DNA of 32,000 nucleotides from the sequence record OZ361284.1; one strand, 5' to 3'. The notes under the pieces were generated by a model. The model was given only the letters and a program-made list of their open reading frames with translations, was not told the origin of the DNA and did no database searches. Of this stretch, positions 9,100-19,338 are shown piece by piece. Made by a program: the position numbers and the translations under genes. Position 1 is the stretch's first letter; each line of letters opens with the position of its first letter.

Positions 9100-9918
9100 A
9101 TGAAATTTAAGAAAATTAACCCTACAACACCTTCACAAAGAAATCTAATACAAATTAAACAGACTTCTCTAAGAAAAAAACCTCTGATCAAAACAAAAAT
9201 TTGCGGTTTGAAAAACTCTTCAGGGCGGAACAATTCAGGAAAAATAACCATACGTCACAAAGGCGGTGGACACAAACAAAAATACCGAAAAATTGACTTT
9301 TTTAGAAAAGACGATCTCACCGGGATTGTAACAAGTATAGAGTACGATCCGAACCGAAGTGCAAATATAGCTGCCATTTATTCTTCTTTAACAAAGTCTT
9401 ACGCTTATATTCTTGCCCCTAAGAATTTATCTGTTGGTCATATTGTGAAAACCGGTTCCAGTGCTGAGCCTAAAATAGGTCATGCGTTACCGATTTCGAA
9501 GATTCCGGTTGGAAGTTATATACATAGTGTTTCTGCAAAATCAAATGAAAAAAGCCAGCTTGCCAGGGCAGCAGGTACTTTTTGTCAACTGATTGAAAAA
9601 ACGTCCAAACAGGGTCGTATCAGACTGAGCTCTGGTGAGCAAAGATTATTATCAATTAATTGTATTGCAACGTTTGGAATTGTGTCGAACGACTTCTCTT
9701 TTTTGACAACTATTGGGAAGGCGGGTCGGTCGAGATGGTTAAACAAACGCCCCAAGGTTCGAGGGGTTGCTATGAACCCAATAGATCATCCTCATGGAGG
9801 TGGTGAGGGGAAAACTTCTGGTGGCCGAACCTCCGTGAGCCCTTGGGGGAAACCGATTAAAGGCGGAAAGACTAGTAAATCCACAAATAAGCTAATTGTT
9901 GTAAAACGAACCAAGTAG
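9100..9918 (+). CDS. rpl2: ribosomal protein L2
   Basis: 272 aa. L2 motifs present (RHKGGGHKQKYR, VRGVAMNPIDHPHGGGEGKTSGGR). Confidence 0.97.
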   Translation: MKFKKINPTTPSQRNLIQIKQTSLRKKPLIKTKICGLKNSSGRNNSGKITIRHKGGGHKQKYRKIDFFRKDDLTGIVTSIEYDPNRSANIAAIYSSLTKSYAYILAPKNLSVGHIVKTGSSAEPKIGHALPISKIPVGSYIHSVSAKSNEKSQLARAAGTFCQLIEKTSKQGRIRLSSGEQRLLSINCIATFGIVSNDFSFLTTIGKAGRSRWLNKRPKVRGVAMNPIDHPHGGGEGKTSGGRTSVSPWGKPIKGGKTSKSTNKLIVVKRTK

Positions 9919-9927
9919 AATAATTTT

Positions 9928-10197
9928 ATGAGTCGAGGAAAATGGAAAGCTCCATACGTGCAAAATTCTTTCATTACCAAAGTTTTTAAAAGAAAATATG
10001 CACCACAAAATGAAATTAAAACAATTTCAAGGCAGTCTGTAGTAATACCAAAGTTTATTGGCTACACAGTCCAAATACATAACGGAAAAACATTTTCAAA
10101 ATTAAAGATCACAGAAGATATGGTTGGTCATAAATTGGGAGAATTTTCTTCAACACGTAAACGTTTTAGTTTTAAGAAAAAAAACAAAAGCAAATAA
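9928..10197 (+). CDS. rps19: ribosomal protein S19
   Basis: 89 aa with an S19 core ([30 protein letters not shown]). Confidence 0.95.
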   Translation: MSRGKWKAPYVQNSFITKVFKRKYAPQNEIKTISRQSVVIPKFIGYTVQIHNGKTFSKLKITEDMVGHKLGEFSSTRKRFSFKKKNKSK

Positions 10198-10200
10198 TCG

Positions 10201-11031
10201 ATGGGACAAAAAGCAAACTCAAATGTGTTAAGGTTAGGCTTGAAAAAGAATGAATGGAAATCCAAATATATAGAAAAACTTACAGAAGAATCTTCTATAT
10301 TCGTATACAACGATCTAGAAATAAGAAAGTATCTGGATCGATTCTTTCAACTTCATGGGTTAATTCTCCATGACTGTCGACTCAATTATTTCAACAACAG
10401 GTTAGATATTTCTTTGTCTTATTTTGTAACAACAAAAGCTTTAAAATTTATAAATCCTACCAAAACAGCTAAAAAGTCAAGTGTAATTCACCTTAGAAAT
10501 GGATTAAGCTTTACGGAAATGTTGCTAGAAAGTATCACGAAATTTACAAAACGCAAAACGAGTGTTTCAATTAATTTTTATGAATTGAACCATAAATTAT
10601 CTCTTAGCGTTCGAAAGAATCAAGTGGTGTCTTTAAAAAAGATTAAAACGCAATTGAGGCAATTTAAACGAGCACAGTTCTTTAAAGAAACTCTGAATGT
10701 TTTGTTTGTTGCAATTAAAAAGAGAGAATCGTCAAAGTTACTCTCGCAATTCATTGCACTTCAATTAAGCACAACAAAACGTCACAATTTTTTTTTAATT
10801 TTTTTAAAACAATCGCTAAATTTACTTTCGCAATCCGACTTTTCAACGGTTCATGGTGTAAAAATAGTAATTAAAGGCAGATTTAATGGCGCACCCCGTG
10901 CAAGATCACAAACTCTTCAAATTGGAACAGTGCCTCTACAATTTCTTGAAGCCAAAATTAGCTATTCTGAAGCTACAGCCTATACCCCAAATGGAACTTT
11001 TGGAATCAAGTGTTGGATTAGCGAAAACTAA
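10201..11031 (+). CDS. rps3: ribosomal protein S3
   Basis: 276 aa. N-terminus MGQKANSNVLRLG and an S3 C-terminal domain (IKGRFNGAPRARSQ...GTFGIKCWI). Confidence 0.92.
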   Translation: MGQKANSNVLRLGLKKNEWKSKYIEKLTEESSIFVYNDLEIRKYLDRFFQLHGLILHDCRLNYFNNRLDISLSYFVTTKALKFINPTKTAKKSSVIHLRNGLSFTEMLLESITKFTKRKTSVSINFYELNHKLSLSVRKNQVVSLKKIKTQLRQFKRAQFFKETLNVLFVAIKKRESSKLLSQFIALQLSTTKRHNFFLIFLKQSLNLLSQSDFSTVHGVKIVIKGRFNGAPRARSQTLQIGTVPLQFLEAKISYSEATAYTPNGTFGIKCWISEN

Positions 11032-11045
11032 AAATTTTAATTCAT

Positions 11046-11450
11046 ATGTTATTACAACCTAGAAAATCTAAATATAAAAAAATTAGAAAAGGTAAACTTC
11101 CCAAGTTGGAATTTAGAGCGAATCAACTCAAATTTGGAACAATTGGCTTGAAAGCCTCCGAATCTGGAACAATAAATGCGAGACAAATTGAAGCAGCAAG
11201 ACAAGCGATTACTCGAAAAATAAAACGAAAAGGAAAAGTGTGGATACGAATTTTTCCATCCTTACCTATAACCTCAAAACCTACAGAAGTCCGAATGGGG
11301 AAAGGGAAAGGCTCAGTAAGTCATTGGGCCACTAAAGTAGGGGGAGGTACTGTGCTTTTTGAATTGTGCGGTGTAAATTTGAACGTTGCAATTACAGCAT
11401 TTCAAACAGGTGGAGCAAAACTTCCAATAAAAACAAAGGTCTTTACATAA
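11046..11450 (+). CDS. rpl16: ribosomal protein L16
   Basis: 134 aa. L16 motifs present (MLLQPRKSKYKK, RMGKGKGSVSHW). Confidence 0.96.
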   Translation: MLLQPRKSKYKKIRKGKLPKLEFRANQLKFGTIGLKASESGTINARQIEAARQAITRKIKRKGKVWIRIFPSLPITSKPTEVRMGKGKGSVSHWATKVGGGTVLFELCGVNLNVAITAFQTGGAKLPIKTKVFT

Positions 11451-11574
11451 GTACTACAAATTCGAGACATTTATAGCTTAAAATGAAGCGTTCTTCTACG
11501 AAAAACGATCAAATTTTGGCGCACATTTTTATATGATGAGGTATCTTAAACTAAAAATTTTGAGGCTGCTTTAG

Positions 11575-11841
<267 letters not shown>

Positions 11842-11882
11842 TTGAAATTCATTTGTATTAAGAGCCAGCTTTCAGGAAAACA

Positions 11883-11955
11883 GGGTACGTAGCTCAGTCG
11901 GTAGAGCATTGGACTTTTAATCCACAGGCCCTGGGTTCGAGTCCCAGTGTACTCA
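11883..11955 (+). tRNA. trnK: tRNA-Lys (UUU)
   Basis: 73 nt. Acceptor is GGGTACG/TGTACTC with two G:U pairs, anticodon loop is CTTTTAA, T-arm is CTGGG/CCCAG. Confidence 0.88.
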
Positions 11956-11972
11956 GATTTTACATTTTATAA

Positions 11973-12284
11973 ATGATTGTTACAAACATAAATTATATCT
12001 TAAATATTGTCATAATTTTATTTCTAATTGGTGTACTCGGATTAGTGTTGAATAGAAAAAATATTCTTATCACGATAATGTCTATTGAATTAATGTTACT
12101 CGCGGTCAACTTGAATTTTGTCTTATTTTCAATTTATTTAGACGACGTAGTTGGGCAAATTTTTGTTTTATTCATTTTAACAATTGCAGCAACAGAGTCT
12201 GCTATTGGGTTAGCAATTTTAGTTGGATATTATCGATTAAAAAATACAATACGGATAGATAAAATCAAAAATATCAAAAGTTAG
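11973..12284 (+). CDS. nad4L: NADH dehydrogenase subunit 4L
   Basis: 103-aa hydrophobic ORF with an ND4L pattern ([14 protein letters not shown]...[13 protein letters not shown]). Confidence 0.93.
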   Translation: MIVTNINYILNIVIILFLIGVLGLVLNRKNILITIMSIELMLLAVNLNFVLFSIYLDDVVGQIFVLFILTIAATESAIGLAILVGYYRLKNTIRIDKIKNIKS

Positions 12285-12316
12285 TCGTTTTTCCCTTGTA
12301 AACGGTTATATTTCTA

Positions 12317-12391
12317 CGGAAAAGACGGGACTTGAACCCGCAATCTTCGACGTGACAGGTCGACGCTTCAACCAAATTAAGCTACATTTCC
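12317..12391 (-). tRNA. trnD: tRNA-Asp (GUC)
   Basis: On the minus strand: GGAAATG/CTTTTCC acceptor, anticodon stem TCGAC/GTCGA, anticodon loop CTGTCAC. Confidence 0.9.
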
Positions 12392-12426
12392 TTCTGTTGG
12401 GAACATTCAAATTAAATTTTTTCATT

Positions 12427-14700
12427 TTGAAATACTTTTATATTAATAATATCAAATTTAACTACACATTAGAATTTAATAATAATTTCAAGGCGGATGC
12501 TTGGAAGCATAATGCCCCGCTTATTGAGTACTGTGAGACATTGGGGATTAACATCCCGCATTATTGTTACCATAAAAACTTATCCATTTCTGGAAATTGC
12601 CGTATGTGTTTAATTGAGTTAAAAGGTTCACCCAAACCTATCGTCTCGTGTGCTATGAGTGCAAAATCCTGTTTGAACAACGGTGAAATTTACACAAACA
12701 GCCCACTTGTCAAAAAAGCCAGGGAAAACATTCTAGAATTTCTGCTATTAAACCACCCATTAGACTGTCCAATATGTGATCAAGGAGGGGAATGTGACTT
12801 ACAAGATCAATCTTTTTTTTTTGGTTTAGCAAAGAAAAGGTTTTATAGCTTTAAAAGAGTGGTCTCAGACAAAAATATAGGGCCGATCATTAAAACTGTA
12901 ATGACCCGTTGTATTCATTGTACTCGGTGTGTACGTTTTGCTGGGGAAATTGCAGGAGTAGAGGATTTAGGTGTCTTCGGACGTGGTATGCAAAGTGAAA
13001 TTGGGACGTACGTTAACAAAGTTTTTCAATCTGAATTGTCAGGTAATGTCATCGATTTGTGCCCCGTTGGTGCTCTAACTTCCAAACCATACCCGTTTAT
13101 TGGTAGAAATTGGGAATTGAAGAACGTAAATTCCATCGACTTTTCGGACGGATTCGGGGTAGACTTGCAAATCTGTTTGAAAAATAATAAAATTGTAAAA
13201 ATTTTACCTGGTTACAATCAAGACGATAATAAAGTAAACTGGATTTCAGATAAAACCCGTTTTGCTTTTGATGGTATGTTTTCACCAGAGCGAATCTTAC
13301 GAGGTTTTGTTATTAAAGGTTCGAGCCAAAACTTGCTACCATTATCGTGGAAGGATTTATTTGAAGAAATAGCTTACATTATATATTTCCAAGATCATCT
13401 TGCTCGCCACTTTTTAAAAACAAATTTGTTGACGATTGTTTTTAGTAGTAACGTTAGCAATGAAGTGTTGAATTTATTAACACTTTTATCGAAAAAATAT
13501 TCGTTTGTGCAGTTACGAAAGTCAGAACCTTCAAATATTGAAAACGATTTAGAATCTAAATTCTTATTAAATTCAGCCTCAAACAAGTACCAGCTTGCTC
13601 AATCAAAAATATGCTTCTTAATTGGCTTGAACACAAGGTATGAGGGTTCATCTTTGAATTTAAAATTACGTCATCGATACTTAAAAGGTGACTTTAAGAT
13701 AATCTCTTTAGGAAGTGCGATAGATTTGACATTCCCCATTTCTTACCTAGGTTTAAACTTAAAAACTTTAACTTCTGTAATTGAGGGAAACAACTTTTTT
13801 TGTCAAGAATTAGTGAATGGTTCAAACCCTACAATAATTTGTGGTTCTGAACTATTTAAACGGAAAGATGCTTTGACTACTTCAAAACTTTTGAACTTAT
13901 TGAAAAAATATCTCCAAAGCATTGATCAAGAGTGGTCTAACATTAATATTCTAAACACTTTTTTAAATGAGAGTGGAGTGCACTATGTGAATACGTTTAA
14001 GTATTTCAATGAGCAGGACTTACAAAAATCCGTTGGCCTCTATTTTATCGATACATGCCGCAATATACCTAATCTAAGAAAAACAATTCAATATCATTTA
14101 TTAAACCGTTTTCAAAAAGAAAAAAGTGAAGTTTCTTTTTATCTTGACCAAAATGGTGGGCTGGTAAACCAATTGTTCAATGACATAAAAAAGATATCGG
14201 GAATTTACAGTTACATAAATTTACCTAATAATGTCTTTTTTGAAACGAGTGGTAGTTACTTAAACACAGAAGGCGTGTTAAAACAAACAATCAAATTTAT
14301 ACCTTCACATAAACAGGCTCGTGAAAACTGGCAAATTATAAGAAAGTTGCTTTCGAGTTCAAACTTTTTATCGTTCGTTTCCGAAATGAAAACCAACGAA
14401 AGAGTCAATTTCAACTGCGAAAACATTTTCAACTTCAAAAATTTCATTAATTTTCAATACTACGCGATACAGAATTTAACAAATTCTAATTTTTTTACCA
14501 CAAGTAGAAAAACTTCATATTTTGATTTAACCCAAGGTCAGTATAAAACTCGACGATCTAAGTTGATTGAAAGTAAAGTTCGCTTATGGTTAGATGACTT
14601 CTATATAGGAAGTCGGGATATATATGCAAAAAGATCAATAACAATGATCAAGTGTTCTAAACTGTTTAGAACTCAAAATAATAATTTCAATTTCATCTAA
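12427..14700 (+). CDS. nad11: NADH dehydrogenase 75-kDa subunit (NuoG homologue), start uncertain
   Basis: N-terminal Fe-S domain is clear (IPHYCYHKNLSISGNCRMCLIE, HPLDCPICDQGGECDLQD, CIHCTRCVRF). The C-terminal half is divergent but continuous. There is no in-frame ATG before the conserved domain. TTG 12427 is my proposed start. The track's GTG 12352 lies inside antisense trnD. Confidence 0.88.
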   Translation: MKYFYINNIKFNYTLEFNNNFKADAWKHNAPLIEYCETLGINIPHYCYHKNLSISGNCRMCLIELKGSPKPIVSCAMSAKSCLNNGEIYTNSPLVKKARENILEFLLLNHPLDCPICDQGGECDLQDQSFFFGLAKKRFYSFKRVVSDKNIGPIIKTVMTRCIHCTRCVRFAGEIAGVEDLGVFGRGMQSEIGTYVNKVFQSELSGNVIDLCPVGALTSKPYPFIGRNWELKNVNSIDFSDGFGVDLQICLKNNKIVKILPGYNQDDNKVNWISDKTRFAFDGMFSPERILRGFVIKGSSQNLLPLSWKDLFEEIAYIIYFQDHLARHFLKTNLLTIVFSSNVSNEVLNLLTLLSKKYSFVQLRKSEPSNIENDLESKFLLNSASNKYQLAQSKICFLIGLNTRYEGSSLNLKLRHRYLKGDFKIISLGSAIDLTFPISYLGLNLKTLTSVIEGNNFFCQELVNGSNPTIICGSELFKRKDALTTSKLLNLLKKYLQSIDQEWSNINILNTFLNESGVHYVNTFKYFNEQDLQKSVGLYFIDTCRNIPNLRKTIQYHLLNRFQKEKSEVSFYLDQNGGLVNQLFNDIKKISGIYSYINLPNNVFFETSGSYLNTEGVLKQTIKFIPSHKQARENWQIIRKLLSSSNFLSFVSEMKTNERVNFNCENIFNFKNFINFQYYAIQNLTNSNFFTTSRKTSYFDLTQGQYKTRRSKLIESKVRLWLDDFYIGSRDIYAKRSITMIKCSKLFRTQNNNFNFI

Positions 14701-15709
14701 TAGGTATTAATAAATTTACTACGTTAAAAATTTTTACGTTATCCAGTGAGGTCGGGCATTTAATAATTGACTCGGGCTCAGCAACAACAAATCTGAATGC
14801 ATTATTCAATTTTTTTGATCAAAATCGATCTATAACGAAAATGACAGTGGATTCTTACTTAGAAATTAAAGAGATGATACTTGAAATTCAAACTAAAACA
14901 AGATTAGAAGTCTTCAATTATTGCCTTATTAATAATCGGTTAAAATTGGCTTATGGGATAGATGTCCCATTAGTATACGGTGATACCTGCGATTTTTCTA
15001 TAGATTAAATGAAATGTTGCTCGCTCAGCCAGATGCTTGGGAACTTTGCTGTGGATGCACGTTGAAATTCTATTGAGCATAAAGTTATGGCGGGCGTTCC
15101 GGAACTAATTGCCAAGGACTATATAAGAACAATACGGCTTTGTGCAGCGGTCATCAATTACTCAATGAATTGCACTATACATGTACGCCATCCATTATCT
15201 CTGGTAGGATTACAAAGCACGTATATCCTTCAAAATTATTTTGGGTCGCCGGCAAATTTAGGTACACAGGACAGTCAAGAAACAAAATTGCTTGAAGATT
15301 GCAATGAAACATTAAAAAAATGGCGGTGTCTCAAGAGTTAATCAACTTCGAAAAGTTTTTCCAAATCGAATCTCCGGATACAAGAACTCGGATTATTTGA
15401 ATAATCGTGAACTTTCGTGATTAGTTTTACTTAAAATATAATTATGGGAAACCTTTAACCGACAGACTGGTTATTAACTGGAATAAATTTTTTATCTTTG
15501 TACTGCTAGAATAAAAATTGCAAAACTGTTAATTCGTAAATTTTATACTTCCATAATCAAAATCTAGAACATTCTACAGTTTATAAGTCTGTACAAGGAT
15601 CAATTTTTAAACAACCCAACCACTCACAACATAGATAATTTTAAAAATTATTTAAGTGTGTATCCATGCTTGATTTCTTTAAACAAAAAAATTGTAAGAA
15701 ATAATCTTA

Positions 15710-16609
15710 CTAATGGATACCGCCCCACCAATAAACAGTGATAAACAAAAATAACCACACAACATCGACAAAGTGCCAATACCACGCAGCGGATTCAAAT
15801 CCAAAATGATGAGTAGTTGTAAAATGATTAAATACAATTCGTAATAAAGACACAAACAAAGAACATGTACCGATAAAAACGTGAAAACCATGAAATCCTG
15901 TCGCCATATAAAAACACGAGCCAAAAACACTACCCGTAATGGTAAATGGAGCCTCAACATATTCAACCCCTTGAAATATTGTGAAAATAAGCGCTAACAC
16001 AATTGTAAATATCAAAGCGATAATCGACTGTTTTTTTGCTCTAACTATAACCGCGTGATGCGCCCAAGTAACTGTGGCACCGGAGCTTAAAAGGAAGAAA
16101 GTATTTGTTAAAGGAATTCCTGAAGTTTGTATTGTTTGAATTGCCTCAGGAGGCCAAATTCCTCCAAGATTGTACACAGGAGATAAACTAGAATGAAAAA
16201 AGGCCCAAAAAAATGCAAAAAAGAACATAACTTCTGACACGATGAATAAAATCATACCTAATCTTAGACCCCTTTGTACCGCAAAAGTATGTTGTTCTTC
16301 GAATGTTGCTTCTCGAACAATATCTCGCCACCAAGTATACATTACATAAAGAAGAAGGATAAAACCTGTCAGACATAACTGACCGCCACCAGCAAATTTA
16401 TGCATATACAAAACGCCACCAGAAGTCGTGAAAAAAGCGCTTAAAGAAGCTACAAGTGGCCATGGGCTGGGGTCAACTAAATGAAAACTGTGTTTGGTTT
16501 TCAAATACTTAAATTGTTCGTTTAGTATCAGTTTGCTACTGAAACGAATGTTTGTTTTTTCTAAACTTTGAGTAATATAATGTTTATTTGATTGATTAAA
16601 TGTTTTCAT
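15710..16609 (-). CDS. cox3: cytochrome c oxidase subunit 3
   Basis: 299 aa. COX3 motifs present ([35 protein letters not shown]). It has an N-terminal extension of about 30 aa. Confidence 0.97.
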   Translation of the reverse strand: MKTFNQSNKHYITQSLEKTNIRFSSKLILNEQFKYLKTKHSFHLVDPSPWPLVASLSAFFTTSGGVLYMHKFAGGGQLCLTGFILLLYVMYTWWRDIVREATFEEQHTFAVQRGLRLGMILFIVSEVMFFFAFFWAFFHSSLSPVYNLGGIWPPEAIQTIQTSGIPLTNTFFLLSSGATVTWAHHAVIVRAKKQSIIALIFTIVLALIFTIFQGVEYVEAPFTITGSVFGSCFYMATGFHGFHVFIGTCSLFVSLLRIVFNHFTTTHHFGFESAAWYWHFVDVVWLFLFITVYWWGGIH

Positions 16610-16612
16610 ATC

Positions 16613-16688
16613 TTCTCAAGACAGGATTTGAACCTGCAATCTTCGACTTTTAAAATAAGAAGATTTTCACCATTAATCGAACCTGAGA
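16613..16688 (-). other. Aberrant tRNA-like element (no canonical anticodon arm); its 3' half resembles trnD
   Basis: On the minus strand: acceptor TCTCAGG/CTTGAGA, D-arm GATT/AATC, T-arm GCAGG-TTCAAAT-CCTGT. The anticodon region TTCTTATTTTAAAAGTCGA cannot form a 5-bp stem with a 7-nt loop. About 27 of 32 nt are identical to trnD across GTCGAAGATTGC.GGTTCAA.TCC.GTCTT. Confidence 0.55.
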
Positions 16689-16710
16689 TCTTATAGAAAA
16701 TAATAAAAGC

Positions 16711-18720
16711 TTATTTCTTTTCTGAACTAACAAAAAAACTTGAAATTAAAAAAATTATAAAAACTCTATAATCAACATATTCGCCAAAAATAATCCAAAA
16801 TTGACGTACCCCTAACATTAAAGTTGTTCCAATTAGAATTAATAATGTATAATGATAGATATAGCCCGTTTGCAGCTTGTGTAGATACACAGCTTTTCGC
16901 GAGATAATTGTAGAAAGACCCATCGGACCAAATATTTCAAAAATACCTCGATCGATTGTTTTATAACTGATACTATAACCAAATTTAAATAGAAACTGTC
17001 CTATATATTCGTTATAAACTTTATCGAAAAACCATTTCTTATTCAGAAAATTGTAAAATTTCTTCCCTAACAAGGATATTTTTGACTGAAATAAAAGTCG
17101 ATTCCCAAACGTATAAAGAAGAAAAGAAAGTGTTGTTCCAGTCAAACTTAAGATTACAGGTAATATTTTAAAAATATGGTCAATAAATTCTGCATCAATC
17201 ATGTTCATATTCTCGGGTAAAATAAAAATTGCATTACCCCAGAAATCGGTACCTAAACCAATAATCATATCTTTTGTGTAAAAACCTATAAAGATACTTG
17301 GTATGGCTAGCACAGCCAATGCAAAACAAATTTGATATGACGAATCATATGCAGCAGAAATTACCGCTTTGTACCCGTTCGGTTTTGCTAGAAAAGTCAA
17401 ATAAATTAATCTAGTAGAATAAAAAGCTGTTAAGAATGCTCCAACAGAACCTAGACAATAACTAAAGTGTCCGTAAGTTGTATATTTTCCATACGCCACT
17501 TCTAGAATGACATCTTTCGAATAAAAACCTGTTAAAAAAGGGAAACCAATTAACGCTAACGAACCAATGACCATCATCGAGTAAGTAAATGGAACCAACT
17601 TTTTTAAACCACCCATTTTTCTCATATCTTGCTCGTCAGCAACAGCATGAATTACCGAACCCGCACCTAAAAACAGTAAAGCCTTAAAGAATGCGTGGTT
17701 AACCAAATGGAAAATACCAACCGAATAATTTGATAAACCACACGCAAATACCATATAACCTAACTGACTACAAGTAGAATATGCAATTACACGTTTTAGG
17801 TCATTTTGTAGTAAACCTACAGTAGCTGCGAAAAAAGCAGTACATGAACCTGCAATTGTTATAAAATTTAAAACGTTAGGTACATATTCATATATGGGTG
17901 AGCTTCTTGCAATTAAAAAGACTCCAGCGGTAACCATGGTAGCTGCATGAATTAATGCAGAAACTGGTGTTGGTCCTTCCATTGCATCTGGTAACCAAGT
18001 ATGTAAACCTAACTGAGCTGATTTTCCCACTGCTCCAATAAAGAGTAATAGACTAACTACGGTTAACACATTAAGATCACAATTCAAAAAGATGAATTTT
18101 TCACCTACGAACAGCGGTGTTATGACAAAAACTGTTGCGTAATCAACCGCTTTGAATTTTATAAAAATTGTCAGAATTCCTAAAACTAGTGCAAAGTCAC
18201 CAATTTTATTCAGAATCATAGCTTTTATAGCGGCTTTGTTGGCCTGAATTCGAGTAAACCAAAAGTTAATCAATAAGTACGAACATAGTCCAACACCTTC
18301 CCAACCGACAAACATTTGAACGTAATTATCTGCAGTTACTAATATCAACATGAAAAAAGTGAACAACGACAAATATGACATAAATCTTGCTAGATGAGGA
18401 TCATGTGACATATACTCCGTTGAATAAATATGGACTAATGAAGATACAAATGTAACTACACAACACATAATCACAGTTAAACTGTCAAATAAAAACCCCC
18501 AATCTACATTTAGTAATTCAGAATTAATCCAAGAAGACAGTTTGATGTAAGTACAACACCCTACAAGCGCTACCTCATAAAAGGCGAAAAGAGAAATAAA
18601 AAAAGTTAAACCTAAACAGTTAACTGTCAAAATAGAAGTCCCATAAGGACCAATTATTCGGCCGAATAAACCAGCGTTTAGAAATCCTATTAATGGTAAA
18701 AAAACTAAAATTAAATACAT
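16711..18720 (-). CDS. nad5: NADH dehydrogenase subunit 5
   Basis: 669 aa starting at ATG 18720 (MYLILVFLPLIGF...). The ORF-track extension to 18783 is antisense trnV. ND5 motifs are present throughout. Confidence 0.96.
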   Translation of the reverse strand: MYLILVFLPLIGFLNAGLFGRIIGPYGTSILTVNCLGLTFFISLFAFYEVALVGCCTYIKLSSWINSELLNVDWGFLFDSLTVIMCCVVTFVSSLVHIYSTEYMSHDPHLARFMSYLSLFTFFMLILVTADNYVQMFVGWEGVGLCSYLLINFWFTRIQANKAAIKAMILNKIGDFALVLGILTIFIKFKAVDYATVFVITPLFVGEKFIFLNCDLNVLTVVSLLLFIGAVGKSAQLGLHTWLPDAMEGPTPVSALIHAATMVTAGVFLIARSSPIYEYVPNVLNFITIAGSCTAFFAATVGLLQNDLKRVIAYSTCSQLGYMVFACGLSNYSVGIFHLVNHAFFKALLFLGAGSVIHAVADEQDMRKMGGLKKLVPFTYSMMVIGSLALIGFPFLTGFYSKDVILEVAYGKYTTYGHFSYCLGSVGAFLTAFYSTRLIYLTFLAKPNGYKAVISAAYDSSYQICFALAVLAIPSIFIGFYTKDMIIGLGTDFWGNAIFILPENMNMIDAEFIDHIFKILPVILSLTGTTLSFLLYTFGNRLLFQSKISLLGKKFYNFLNKKWFFDKVYNEYIGQFLFKFGYSISYKTIDRGIFEIFGPMGLSTIISRKAVYLHKLQTGYIYHYTLLILIGTTLMLGVRQFWIIFGEYVDYRVFIIFLISSFFVSSEKK

Positions 18721-18725
18721 TTTTA

Positions 18726-18798
18726 TAAGTAATAGCGGACTCGAACCACTAACATTCTCGTTGTAAGCGAGACGCTCTACCAATTGAGCTAATTACTT
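18726..18798 (-). tRNA. trnV: tRNA-Val (UAC)
   Basis: On the minus strand: AAGTAAT/ATTACTT acceptor, anticodon stem TCTCG/CGAGA, anticodon loop CTTACAA. Confidence 0.9.
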
Positions 18799-18808
18799 AA
18801 TTAAAGAT

Positions 18809-18881
18809 TTGGGATAAAAGGATTCGAACCTTTGTAATACTCGTACCAAAAACGAGGGCCTTACCACTTGGCTATATCCCA
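18809..18881 (-). tRNA. trnQ: tRNA-Gln (UUG)
   Basis: On the minus strand: TGGGATA/TATCCCA acceptor, anticodon stem CTCGT/ACGAG, anticodon loop TTTTGGT. Confidence 0.88.
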
Positions 18882-18897
18882 TTAAAGCTTTTTGCTA

Positions 18898-19220
18898 CTA
18901 GTTTGAAGCAATAACTTTTCGATTTGAAGTAAATGCTTCAAAAACAACATAGAAAAAGAATAATGATGAGGTTGCTGAGATGTATGATCCCCATGATGCA
19001 AGTTTGTTAAACACAAAAAACGCGTCTGGGTAGTCTGGTACTCTTCGAGGCATACCGGCAACTCCTAAGAAATGCATTGGGAAAAATGTTAAATTTACCC
19101 CAATAAAAAAACCCCAAAAATGAATTTTACCTAAGATTTCTGAATAACTAACTCCGGTAATTTTTTCAAACCAGTAATAAACACCTCCTAGCATAGAGAA
19201 AACAGCTCCCATTGATAAAA
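18898..19220 (-). CDS. cox1: cytochrome c oxidase subunit 1, exon 3
   Basis: The exon starts with tt tta tca atg, which completes the split codon G|TT. This gives ...HFHY-V-LSMGAVF..., continuous with exon 2. It ends at stop 18898-18900. Confidence 0.9.
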
Positions 19221-19265
19221 GTGGCCTGACTTACCAATCCTTTTACATATCAATAAGTTGACCCC

Positions 19266-19299
19266 GAACCACACGTGCTAGTTTCCCAGCATGCAGCTC
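19266..19299 (-). other. Group II intron domain V (intron 2)
   Basis: 34-nt hairpin matching the domain V consensus shape: GAGC....GAAA....GGTTC. Confidence 0.85.
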
Positions 19300-19338
19300 T
19301 CCCTTATGTCAATATTAAATAGATTAACATTAGTTATA

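Noticed and set aside
18721-18783. N-terminal 21 residues of the nad5 ORF in the track (MVERLAYNENVSGSSPLLLIK).
   Set aside because: This stretch is co-linear with the same-strand trnV gene. The conserved ND5 N-terminus starts at ATG 18720.
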